Positions 13,541 to 24,271 of a DNA stretch of 32,000 bases are shown one piece after another; position 1 is the first letter of the stretch, and each line of letters begins with the position of its first letter. The translations under genes and the position numbers were made by a program. The DNA is from Mycolicibacterium smegmatis (GTDB lineage: Bacteria > Actinomycetota > Actinomycetes > Mycobacteriales > Mycobacteriaceae): positions 900,001 to 932,000 of the forward strand of contig NZ_LN831039.1 of the NCBI RefSeq assembly GCF_001457595.1. Direction: 5' to 3'. The notes under the pieces are model-generated. The model did no database searches. It saw nothing but the letters and a program-made list of their open reading frames with translations, and was not told the origin of the DNA.

Positions 13541-14857
13541 TCGGTACTCACTCAGTCGTGGCCAGATCCCCAACGCCACCGCGACGGCCGCGGCCACGCT
13601 GAGCAGCGCGGCGCCCACGGTCGCGCCGGACAGCACGCGGCGGGCGTTGGCGATGTCGGTGCGCAATTGGTTACGGCTGTGCTCGATCGCCTTGGACAAC
13701 GCCTGGTCGAGCTTGTCGAACGCGGGCGTGGAGTCGTCCTCGCCGGTGCCCAGCGCCACCTGCGTGGCGGCCTGGTAGTTGCCGACGGCGATGTAGGCGT
13801 TGATGCGGTCGTCGGCCGCGCGCCAGCGGGTCAGTAGTTGCTCCGCACCCGCCAGATCGCTCTTGTCGATGCCGATGTCGCGGGCCAGGTAGTCCGAAAG
13901 CTGCTGCTGCATCACGTCGATGCGCTGATAGTAGGACTGCTTGCGCACGTTTTCGTCACCCCGGCGGATCAGCGCCAGCGTTTCGTCGGCGCGGGCCTGC
14001 TGCGCGGTGATGGCGAGTGTGGTGATGGTCTTCAGCGATTCGGCGGCGGTCTCTTTGGCGCTGCGACTGTCCGACGTCGAGATCACCAGCGCGGTCGACA
14101 CCCAGATGAGCATGATCAGCACGGCCAGGCCGCCCGCGACGAAGCCGATGTTGACCCGGCGCCTCGTGCGCCGCGCCAGCCACCGGTTGGCGAAGGCGCC
14201 GAACAACAGCGTCGCGAGCACCACCAGGATCACGGGCAGCGGGATCTGGGTGGACGCCGTGGTCTCGGCGTCCACGCGCGCCGAGGTCTCCTCGTAGAGG
14301 CGCTGCGCGTCGGGCAGGATCTGCGTCTGCATCATCGACGACGCCTCGGACAGGTACGACGAGCCGACGGGGTTGCCCGCGCGGTTATTGGTGCGCGCGG
14401 TTTCGATGAGGCCGGTGTAGACGGCCAGCCGCGCGTTGATCCGGCCCAGCAACTGGATCAGCGCCTCGTCGGTGAGCCCGCTGGAGGCGCGGGTGACGGC
14501 GACGGACGCGTCGACGATGGCCTGCTCGTAGCGCTGGCGCACGTCACGCGGTTCGGCGCCCGCGATGAACGCCGTCGCCGCGGCCGCGTCGGCCACCGAC
14601 AGCGTCGTGTACAGCCGGCCCGCCGCGAACGACAGGGGTTCGGTGTGGTCGAGCACCGTCGTCAGCGCCTGCTGACGGTCGTTGACCGTCGTCGACGTCG
14701 CGAACGCGCTCGCGATGACCAGCGCGGACAGCACCAGGCCGATGGTGAGGATGCGGCCGGGAGTGGTCCACAGGAACCACCAACGCGGGTGGGCAGGTGT
14801 GGTCGGCGACCGGGACGCGAGGGGTTCGGTCGAGGGATGTGCCAACTCCACAGTCAC
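13538..14857 (-). CDS. glnX: Membrane protein of the PknG-associated nutrient sensing module
   Basis: 439 aa, MTVELAHPSTEPLASRSPT...; N-terminal TM helix, large helical extracytoplasmic region, further TM segments. Position and orientation match glnX-glnH-pknG. Confidence 0.88.
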   Translation of the reverse strand: MTVELAHPSTEPLASRSPTTPAHPRWWFLWTTPGRILTIGLVLSALVIASAFATSTTVNDRQQALTTVLDHTEPLSFAAGRLYTTLSVADAAAATAFIAGAEPRDVRQRYEQAIVDASVAVTRASSGLTDEALIQLLGRINARLAVYTGLIETARTNNRAGNPVGSSYLSEASSMMQTQILPDAQRLYEETSARVDAETTASTQIPLPVILVVLATLLFGAFANRWLARRTRRRVNIGFVAGGLAVLIMLIWVSTALVISTSDSRSAKETAAESLKTITTLAITAQQARADETLALIRRGDENVRKQSYYQRIDVMQQQLSDYLARDIGIDKSDLAGAEQLLTRWRAADDRINAYIAVGNYQAATQVALGTGEDDSTPAFDKLDQALSKAIEHSRNQLRTDIANARRVLSGATVGAALLSVAAAVAVALGIWPRLSEYR

Positions 14858-15040
14858 CTGCGCGCGAACCTCACTGCGTTTCGATGCTTACGGCTCTTCG
14901 TCCAAAGCAACTCTATAAAAGAATTCTAAGATTTTCCGGCACGCCTCGCCCTGGAATCACGGCCGGTTCAAAGTGGCCGAACTATTTAGCGTGTCGTTCC
15001 TTATCCTGTACGGGTGCGTGGCGACGGAGATGGCTGGGTG

Positions 15041-15517
15041 ATGTCGGAGAACGGCGCCCGGTTCTGGGGTCGCCACGGCGCGGCCGGTTTGCTGTTGCGG
15101 GCCCCGATGCCCGGCGGCGCGGCGGCGGTGCTGTTGCAGCACCGCGCGCCGTGGAGTCATCAGGGCGGAACGTGGGCGCTGCCCGGCGGTGCACGCGACA
15201 GTCATGAGACCCCTGAGCAGGCCGCGGTGCGCGAGGCGCACGAAGAGGCCGGCCTACCCGCCGAGCAACTGACGGTGCGCACGACGGTGGTGACCGCCGA
15301 GGTCGCAGGCATCGGCGGCACGCAGTGGACGTACACGACGGTGATCGCCGACGCGGCCGAACCCCTGCACACCGTGCCCAACCGGGAGAGCGCCGAGTTG
15401 CGCTGGGTCCTCGAGGATCAGGTCGCGGACCTGCCGCTGCATCCCGGGTTTGCCGCGAGTTGGCAGCGCCTACGTGAGGTGACCGCGACGATCCCGTTGC
15501 TCAACCGGCAGCGCTGA
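15041..15517 (+). CDS. mutT3: Nudix hydrolase (MutT3-like)
   Basis: [22 protein letters not shown]...; Nudix box [24 protein letters not shown]. The frame is open from 15014, so the start is uncertain. Confidence 0.9.
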   Translation: MSENGARFWGRHGAAGLLLRAPMPGGAAAVLLQHRAPWSHQGGTWALPGGARDSHETPEQAAVREAHEEAGLPAEQLTVRTTVVTAEVAGIGGTQWTYTTVIADAAEPLHTVPNRESAELRWVLEDQVADLPLHPGFAASWQRLREVTATIPLLNRQR

Positions 15518-16184
15518 TCGCGGCCTTGAGGTCCTCGGCGGCGGCCTTCGGGTCGTCGGCAGCGGTGATCGCGCGCACGACGACGACTCGCCGCGCGCCC
15601 GCGGCGAGCACCTCGGGCAGACGCTCCTGGTCGATGCCGCCGATCGCGAACCACGGCTTGCCGGGACTGTGCGCAGCGGTGGCCCGCACCAGATCCAGAC
15701 CCGGCGCGGGACGCCCCGGTTTGGTGGGTGTCGGCCAGCACGGCCCGACGCAGAAGTAGTCCACCCGCTCCTCGATGGCCACGGCCATCTGCGCGGCGTC
15801 ATGGGTCGAGCGTCCGATGACCGGCCTGCGGCCGATGATGCCGCGCGCGACATCCAGCGGCAGGTCGTCCTGGCCGAGATGCAGCACGTCGGCCCCGGCG
15901 GCCAGGGCGATATCGGCGCGATCGTTGACGGCCAGCAGAGCGCCGTGGCGGCGTGCGGCGTCGGCCAGGATCTCGAGCGCTTCGAGTTCCTGACGGGCCT
16001 CAAGCGGCCCGAACTGTTTCTCACCCGCGGAGCCCTTGTCACGCAGCTGGATCAGGTCGACGCCGCCGGCGAGTGCCGCGTCGGCGAATTCGGCCAGGTC
16101 ACCGCGTTCACGACGGGCGTCGGTGCACAGATACAACGAGGCGCGCTGCAGGCGCTGGACGGGAAGTTCGACGGCTTGGTCCAC
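15501..16184 (-). CDS. thiE: Thiamine-phosphate synthase
   Basis: [39 protein letters not shown]...[34 protein letters not shown] 16184 chosen because the longer ORF (to 16265) runs into the riboswitch; start tentative. Confidence 0.9.
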   Translation of the reverse strand: MDQAVELPVQRLQRASLYLCTDARRERGDLAEFADAALAGGVDLIQLRDKGSAGEKQFGPLEARQELEALEILADAARRHGALLAVNDRADIALAAGADVLHLGQDDLPLDVARGIIGRRPVIGRSTHDAAQMAVAIEERVDYFCVGPCWPTPTKPGRPAPGLDLVRATAAHSPGKPWFAIGGIDQERLPEVLAAGARRVVVVRAITAADDPKAAAEDLKAAISAAG

Positions 16185-16228
16185 ACGGTGACGGTAGTCG
16201 GTGTTCTTTGAGTAATCTGGACGGGCAA

Positions 16229-16318
16229 CACGGGAGTCCCGGGAACGGGGACTGAGAGTGGGCATCGCCGGCCCTTACCGTCACACCTGATCCGGGTCAT
16301 GCCGGCGAAGGGAGCAGG
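16229..16318 (+). promoter_or_regulatory. TPP riboswitch (THI element) upstream of thiO-thiS-thiG
   Basis: ...GGGGACTGAGAGTGGGC...CTTACCGTCACACCTGATCCGGGTCATGCCGGCGAAGGGAG, carrying the conserved CTGAGA and ACCTGATC-GGGT-ATGCC-GCG-AGGGA blocks. Confidence 0.93.
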
Positions 16319-16322
16319 ATCT

Positions 16323-17323
16323 ATGACACGTACGGTCGCCGTCATCGGCGGTGGCGTCATCGGGCTGTCCGTCGCGCGACGCGCAGCGCTCGACGGGTGG
16401 ACGGTGCGCCTGCACTGCACCACCGAGCGCGGCGCGTCGTGGGTGGCCGGCGGCATGCTGGCGCCCCACAGCGAAGGCTGGCCCGGTGAGGAGCAGTTGC
16501 TCCAGCTGGGGCTGGAATCGCTGCGGTTGTGGCACTCCGGGTTTCTCGACGGCCTGCCCGAGACGGTGGTGACCGCGCGGGAATCGCTCGTGGTGGCGGT
16601 GGACCGCGCCGACGCCGCCGATTTGCGCACCGTTGCCGAGTGGCTTGCCGCCCAGGGGCATCCGGTCGAGTTGACCACCGCCGCCCGTGATGTGGAACCT
16701 TTGCTGGCTCAAGGTATTCGGCACGGATTCCGCGCGACGACAGAGCTGGCGGTGGACAACCGCGGGGTGGTCGACGCGCTGGCCGCGCACTGCGAGCGGT
16801 TGGCCGTGCGGTGGGCGGGGCAGGTCGACGACCTCGCCGATGTCGACGCCGACGCCGTGGTGATCGCCAACGGCATCGACGCGCCGCGGCTGTGGCCGGA
16901 CCTGCCGGTGCGCCCGGTCAAGGGTGAGGTGCTGCGGCTGCGGTGGCGCAAGGGGTGTATGCCGGTGCCGCAGCGTGTGATCCGCGCCCGTGTGCACGGC
17001 AGGCAGGTGTACCTGGTGCCCCGCGCCGACGGCGTCGTGGTCGGTGCCACGCAGTACGAGCACGGCCGCGACACCGCACCGGTGGTCAGCGGCGTGCGGG
17101 ATCTGCTGGAGGACGCCTGCGCGGTGATGCCCGCGCTGGGGGAGTACGAACTGGCCGAGATCGCGGCCGGGCTGCGGCCGATGACGCCGGACGGTTTGCC
17201 CGTCGTGGAACGTGTCGACGAGCGCACCGTGGTCGCCGTCGGGCACGGACGGAACGGATTTCTGTTGGCGCCGTGGACCGCTGAGCGGGTCGCGGCAGAA
17301 CTCGAAGTGGGTGTGGGAGCGAA

Positions 17324-17327
<4 letters not shown>
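16323..17327 (+). CDS. thiO: Glycine oxidase, thiamine biosynthesis
   Basis: MTRTVAVIGGGVIGLSVARRAALDGWTV... FAD-binding GxGxxG, DAO family, followed by thiS-thiG. Confidence 0.92.
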
Positions 17328-19045
<1,718 letters not shown>

Positions 19046-19049
19046 GATC

Positions 19050-19970
19050 ATGGTGGCAATGATCGAACTCGCCGGGCTGACAAAGCTCTACGGAACCCAC
19101 CGCGCCGTCGACGACCTCAGCTTCACCGTCGAACCGGGCGTGGTCACCGGCTTCCTCGGGCCCAACGGCGCGGGCAAGACCACCACCATGCGGCTGATCC
19201 TCGGCCTGGATCACCCCACGTCCGGCACCGCGACCATCGACGGCAAGCGCTACCGCGAGCTCAAGAATCCGCTGCGCACCGTCGGCGCCCTGCTCGACGC
19301 GCGGCAGGCGCATCCCAACCGCTCGGCCCGCAGCCACCTGCGGTGGATCGCCGCGGCCAACCGCATTCCGGCGTCCCGCGTGGACGAGGTGCTGGAGATG
19401 GTCGGGCTGGCCTCGGCCGCCGACCGCAACGCCGGGGCGCTGTCGCTGGGGATGAGCCAGCGGCTGGGCATCGCCGCGGCGCTGCTGGGAGATCCGCCGG
19501 TGCTGTTGTTCGACGAACCGGTCAACGGGCTGGATCCCGAGGGCATCCACTGGGTACGCACGCTGATGCGCGAGCTGGCCGGTGAAGGTCGCACGGTGTT
19601 CGTGTCGAGCCATCTGCTGGCCGAGATGGCGAATACCGCCGACCGCCTGGTGGTGATCGGGCAGGGCAAGCTGATCGCGTCGACCACGGTCACGGAGTTC
19701 GTCAACGGCTCCGACGCCGACACCGTGCGGGTGCGCAGCCCGCAGTTGGAGACGCTGCGCGACGTGCTCTCGGACGCCGGACTCGACGTCGTCACCGAAC
19801 CCGACGGCGGTGCCCTCAACGTGCACGGGGTGGCGATCGAGGTGATCGGCGATCTCGCGGCCCGCAACGCCATCACACTGCACGAGTTGAGCCGCAGGCA
19901 GGCGTCGCTGGAGGAGGCGTACTTGAAGCTCACCGATGATGCCGTCGACTACCGGGCGGTGCAGCCGTGA
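19050..19970 (+). CDS. ABC transporter ATP-binding protein (multidrug/bacitracin-type exporter)
   Basis: MVAMIELAGLTKLYGTHRAVDDLSFTVEPGVVTGFLGPNGAGKTTTMRLILGLDHP..., LSLGMSQRLGIAAALLGDPPVLLFDEPVNGLDPEG. Confidence 0.95.
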   Translation: MVAMIELAGLTKLYGTHRAVDDLSFTVEPGVVTGFLGPNGAGKTTTMRLILGLDHPTSGTATIDGKRYRELKNPLRTVGALLDARQAHPNRSARSHLRWIAAANRIPASRVDEVLEMVGLASAADRNAGALSLGMSQRLGIAAALLGDPPVLLFDEPVNGLDPEGIHWVRTLMRELAGEGRTVFVSSHLLAEMANTADRLVVIGQGKLIASTTVTEFVNGSDADTVRVRSPQLETLRDVLSDAGLDVVTEPDGGALNVHGVAIEVIGDLAARNAITLHELSRRQASLEEAYLKLTDDAVDYRAVQP

Positions 19971-20725
19971 GCGCGCTTGCAGCGCTGGACGCCGAGCGCA
20001 TCAAACTCTCCACGACGCGCTCGCCGCTGTGGTCGGTGGTCGGTGCCGCCGTGCTGAGCTTCGCCATCGCGGCGCTGCAGGGCTGGAGCGCCTATGGCTA
20101 CACGCCGTTGCCACCAGGCAAGGCCGCGCTGGGCGTCGCGGTGTTCGGGGTTCCGGTGCTCATGGTGCTGGCGTCGATGACCATGACGGGCGAGTACCGC
20201 ACCGGATTGATCCGCACGACGTTCATGGCCACACCGAACCGGTCCGTGGTGCTCGCCGCGAAAGCCATTGTGTGCGCCGCGTTTTCCTCGGTCGCGGCGA
20301 TCGTCATGGTGCTGGGCGCGGTGCTGGTGGCCCGGTTGTTCACCGATCCGCTGATCGCGGTGGATCTCTCGCCGACCAATCCCGCGACCTGGCAGGTGGC
20401 CGGGAGCTTCGCGTTGTATGCCGCGTTGGCCGCGATCCTCGGTGTGGCCGTCGGCGCGTTGGTGCGGTTCTCGGCGGGCGCCGTCGCGGTGCTGCTGTTG
20501 TGGCCGCTGGTCGCCGAGCCGCTGCTGGCCAACATGCCCGGCAACGGCGCCCAAATCGGGCCGTGGCTGCCGTTCGTGCACATGTACCGGTTCCTCGACG
20601 TCGACTGGTTGTTCCCGAGTTACGCCATGCCGTGGGGTCCGGTGGGGTCGCTGATCTACTTCGTGGTGCTGGTCGTGGTGGTCTTCGTCGCTGCCGTCGT
20701 GGCGCTCAACCGGCGGGATGCGTAG
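19967..20725 (+). CDS. ABC-2-type exporter permease
   Basis: MSALAALDAERIKLSTTRSPLWSVVGAAVLSFAIAAL..., about 6 TM helices, ATGA-type overlap with the ATPase. Confidence 0.88.
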   Translation: MSALAALDAERIKLSTTRSPLWSVVGAAVLSFAIAALQGWSAYGYTPLPPGKAALGVAVFGVPVLMVLASMTMTGEYRTGLIRTTFMATPNRSVVLAAKAIVCAAFSSVAAIVMVLGAVLVARLFTDPLIAVDLSPTNPATWQVAGSFALYAALAAILGVAVGALVRFSAGAVAVLLLWPLVAEPLLANMPGNGAQIGPWLPFVHMYRFLDVDWLFPSYAMPWGPVGSLIYFVVLVVVVFVAAVVALNRRDA

Positions 20726-20811
20726 GTCGTCCGGTTGTTGCTGAACCGCCTGCCTCTCGGCCGCTAAGCTGCTGGATAGCTTGACGGAGTCACGTGTCGA
20801 GGGGGCCATCT

Positions 20812-23166
20812 GTGAGTGTGCTCGACGGGTTTTATTCGACGCTGTCGAAGGCTAGGCAGACGTTCGGTGAGGGACCGCCGAGTGACGGTGCGGAGTTCGA
20901 CCAGAGCTCGCAGCTTCTGCAAATGAAGGCGAATGTGGAGGCGGCGGCTCCCGACGATCGCTGGCAGGGGTCGGGTGCGAATGCCTACGCGGCGGCGAAC
21001 AGGGAGCACGCCGCGGTCTACGAGAAGCTCGCAGATCTGGACCGCAGGATGGCAGCCGAGGTCAAGAATGCTGCCGGTGTGGTGTCCAGCGGGCGCCAAG
21101 GTCTGGACTCGACGGCAAACTGGGTCAACAGCGCCGTTCAATCCCTGCCGCCCACGTCGGAACAGGACCGGGAACGCAAGCTTCTGCCGATCGCCCGTGA
21201 AGGCATCAGCCAGGTCAACGGGATCGTGCAGTCGGCCACCGCCCAGATGGTGGAGATCAAGGGTCGCATCACCGGTCTCAAGGGCGAGTACGAGGCACTG
21301 AGCAACCAAAAGTTCGCGCCGGGCGGCGACAAGTCCGAGGAGGACAAGAACGAGAAAGACGACGACGTCCAGAAGGTGACGGGCGACGACGCCGACAAAG
21401 ACGAGCGCGACGGGAAGGCGGACGGCGAAGCCTTGGCGGAACAGGCGAACCTGCCCTCGGCGCATCGTGATCCGGCGGTGCTGGATGAGGTTGCCGCGAA
21501 TCTCCCGGAGTCTCCCCTCACGGCCGAGCAGATGGCCGCTCTCGCAGCCGGTGAAGAAGTCAACGACGTCCCGAAGGAGACGCTCGACTATTACCGGGAC
21601 TTCTACAATGCCGCGGGCAAGGACGGCCTGCTTCTGCTCGACCGGCACCTGGAGTCGCAGGAGGCGGGCGGCGATGCCGAGGTAGGAGCCCAACGAGACA
21701 GGCTCGCCAACGGATTGACACTTACCAGCAACGAGAAGGTGGTTGAACTCAACCCGGACGGTTCGGTCGCGGCACGCGGTGGCTACGACCAGTTGCCGGC
21801 TGACCTGCGCGAAATGCTCGAGGTACGTCGCGCGGATCCGACCTATCCGGGTTGGGAGAATCTTGGACCTACCGATGCGAAGAACCAGCATGTCGCTGAT
21901 GTGGTGCAGTTCAGTGAGCTGATGGGTGAAGCCAACCCGGGTTACCAGCCCGGGACGAAGCTGGGCACCGAGATGTACCTGAAGTCGGCCGACATGGTCG
22001 AGAACTCCACCGGTGGTTGGGGAATGACCGATACACCACCGGAAGCCTATGAGCGCGCGGCGAGTTCGTTGGCCGAGATCGCGGGCCGCAACAACGAGTC
22101 GTCGTATCAGATCTGGTCCGGAGACGGAATGCCCGAGGGATATGACCCTAAGGAAACGGTCCGCACATTGATCGGCCACGACTGGTCGCAGAGCGGGGGT
22201 GGGGGAAGCGGTGCGGCGACCCTGCTGGACTGGATGACCGAGGACACCCAACGTCCGATCGGCGACCCCATCGGTGACCGCGCGCGGCAGGCGTTCGTCG
22301 ACCTTCCGGACTACCTGGCGCCCAGCGACACCGACCCGGTATGGGACAGCCAGCGCGACGCATTCGCTCGCAATCCTGCGATCTCTACAGAGATGAGTCA
22401 ACTTCTGGCTTCACACACTGGTGCGCTGGTGGCGCCCGGCCAGCAGAACGGCTTTGTCGACACCAGGATCGATCCGGAAGGCTATCCGCGGATCAGCGCG
22501 GACGACGCCAACCGCCTGTTGGAACTCGGCTCCTACTCCGAGGAGGGGAGGACGACACTGACCACTGCGGCCGAACCTGCCCGCATCGAAGAGTTGCAGA
22601 CAGCCATGGGGAATCACCCGGGCAACCTGGCCGACTATGTGGCCAATAGCCCCGCAGGCGCGTTGTCAGGGCGCATCGACCACGCGATGACGGAAGCCAT
22701 CACCAACCAGAACGAGGTGCTCCAGCAGGACGTCGTGGCGAAGGACGCGGTCTATCGCGCGAAAGTCGCCGGTGCCGAGCTAGCAGGCTCGCTCGCCGAC
22801 GAACTGACACCGAAGATTCCTCGTGCCGGTGAGGTCATCGGCTATACCGGGCTGGACCCGGGCGCAACTGTCGAGAACGCCATCAAGCACTTCATCGAGG
22901 CCCCCGAGTACAAAGCGCTCACGGTGCCCGACGACGACATCTTGATGGCGGGGTCGAACGTACAGGCGCAGCAGACGGTGCTGGAAGCGGCGATGAAGGC
23001 TGGTGAGCTGCCCGACGAGTTGAAGCGCGGCGATTCACCCGTACAGATCTCCGAATTGGGGCCGGACAGTCGGGCGTACCAGATCGTCCAGAAGTACCTC
23101 ATCGAGCGTGGCTTGGCACAGTATGTCACCGACTATGCGCAGAGCTACTCAATCGCCCTGAAATAA
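20812..23166 (+). CDS. Large helical protein of an ESX/type VII secretion-associated-looking family, N-terminal WXG100/EspA-like region
   Basis: GTG 20812 preceded by GAGGGGG; MSVLDGFYSTLSKARQTFGEGPPSDGAEFDQSSQLLQMKANVEAAAPDDRWQGSGANAYAAANREHAAVYEKLADLDRRM... helical region with W-x-G, then an acidic linker (GGDKSEEDKNEKDDDVQKVTGDDADKDE) and a large C-terminal region. Family assignment from recall. Confidence 0.65.
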   Translation: MSVLDGFYSTLSKARQTFGEGPPSDGAEFDQSSQLLQMKANVEAAAPDDRWQGSGANAYAAANREHAAVYEKLADLDRRMAAEVKNAAGVVSSGRQGLDSTANWVNSAVQSLPPTSEQDRERKLLPIAREGISQVNGIVQSATAQMVEIKGRITGLKGEYEALSNQKFAPGGDKSEEDKNEKDDDVQKVTGDDADKDERDGKADGEALAEQANLPSAHRDPAVLDEVAANLPESPLTAEQMAALAAGEEVNDVPKETLDYYRDFYNAAGKDGLLLLDRHLESQEAGGDAEVGAQRDRLANGLTLTSNEKVVELNPDGSVAARGGYDQLPADLREMLEVRRADPTYPGWENLGPTDAKNQHVADVVQFSELMGEANPGYQPGTKLGTEMYLKSADMVENSTGGWGMTDTPPEAYERAASSLAEIAGRNNESSYQIWSGDGMPEGYDPKETVRTLIGHDWSQSGGGGSGAATLLDWMTEDTQRPIGDPIGDRARQAFVDLPDYLAPSDTDPVWDSQRDAFARNPAISTEMSQLLASHTGALVAPGQQNGFVDTRIDPEGYPRISADDANRLLELGSYSEEGRTTLTTAAEPARIEELQTAMGNHPGNLADYVANSPAGALSGRIDHAMTEAITNQNEVLQQDVVAKDAVYRAKVAGAELAGSLADELTPKIPRAGEVIGYTGLDPGATVENAIKHFIEAPEYKALTVPDDDILMAGSNVQAQQTVLEAAMKAGELPDELKRGDSPVQISELGPDSRAYQIVQKYLIERGLAQYVTDYAQSYSIALK

Positions 23167-23187
23167 CTTGAGTACAAGGGAGACCTG

Positions 23188-23913
23188 TTGATAGAACCGA
23201 CGCGACGGCGATCGTCTGTGGATGCGTCAGGCGCGTTGACCCGTATGAGCGTCGTCATACTGGCTGCGGTCGCGGTTGCCTTCTTCGGCGGATGCGGTAC
23301 CGACACTGAATTCTCGACACCGACGACGTCGGCTGCGGTCGATTTCCCCTATCCGCCGTTTGAAATTCGGACCGACATTGCGGTCCCGCTTCCGCCTCGT
23401 CTCAGAGACGCTGCCCAGTTCGCGCTGGACATGTCGGTCGACGACCGCCGGAAGAACGATCCCAACGACGACGAAGCTGACCGACGGTTCCGAAGCCAGA
23501 TCGCGCCGGAGGCCGACATCGCGGACCTTCCGCCAGGCCCCGATACTGCTATCGGAGAGACGGGGGGCGCGCTTCACCGTGCGGTGGGTGCTCGGGGTCT
23601 ACCCGATGACACGGTCGAAGTGACGATTTGTCAGTACGACACCCCGGGTCTCTACACGAAGTTGAAGGACGGACGGATTGTCAGCTCCGACATTCCGATG
23701 AGTGTCCAACGTCCTCTGGTGCAGTGGACCGGTCGGCCCGCAGCTGATGGCACCACTCCTGCTGGCCCTCGGTGGCTTTGGGTTGGCGAGACCGCTTCGT
23801 ACAACCTGCCTGCCCAACAAGTTGCTGAGCTTTGCGATCCGTTCAAACCCGAACCGTTCATCCAGAAGATGCCCGACCCGACGACAGCAGCATCCGCGAC
23901 GCCGAGCGGATAG
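23188..23913 (+). CDS. Putative secreted lipoprotein, downstream partner of the 785-aa protein
   Basis: TTG start with AAGGGAG 6 nt upstream; ...MSVVILAAVAVAFFGGCGTDTEFSTPTTSAAVDFPYPPFEIRTDIAVPLPPRLRDAAQFAL. Lipobox-like FGGC; alternative start ATG 23245. Confidence 0.65.
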   Translation: MIEPTRRRSSVDASGALTRMSVVILAAVAVAFFGGCGTDTEFSTPTTSAAVDFPYPPFEIRTDIAVPLPPRLRDAAQFALDMSVDDRRKNDPNDDEADRRFRSQIAPEADIADLPPGPDTAIGETGGALHRAVGARGLPDDTVEVTICQYDTPGLYTKLKDGRIVSSDIPMSVQRPLVQWTGRPAADGTTPAGPRWLWVGETASYNLPAQQVAELCDPFKPEPFIQKMPDPTTAASATPSG

Positions 23914-23949
23914 CGTAGTCAAGTTAGATTCCGTCGAGCATCTAGAGAA

Positions 23950-24246
23950 ATGTCAGCCTTTGGAAGGCCAGCTAAGTACGTCACCGGTTACGGCCAGAGC
24001 TATTCGTTCGTACTGAAGGGTTAGCAGTGGAAACGCTACCGAATCCGATTCTGTGTTGAGCATGACCAATTGGCGAAAGAGCAGCGTGCTCGGGCCGAAT
24101 CCGGTGCCGGGTATACCGGTGCCACCGCCGACAAGGCCCCTGTCGCGCCGTCGACCACTGGTTCCGAGAACACCACTGCATCGCCCGACACCGCGCCGGT
24201 GCGTCCGCCGACCAGAGTTCCCACTGATTCGTCAATTCTGTTGTGA
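23950..24246 (+). pseudogene. Possible gene remnant interrupted by an in-frame TAG
   Basis: Frame reads MSAFGRPAKYVTGYGQSYSFVLKG* (24022-24024) and continues QWKRYRIRFCVEHDQLAKEQRARAESGAGYTGATADKAPVAPSTTGSENTTASPDTAPVRPPTRVPTDSSILL*. Confidence 0.3.
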
Positions 24247-24271
24247 CCGTTGAGTTCCTCGACCTGAAGGT

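Noticed and set aside
16299-16322. Early thiO start at 16299
   Set aside because: Lies inside the TPP riboswitch; MTRTVAVIGG at 16323 is the natural flavoprotein N-terminus.
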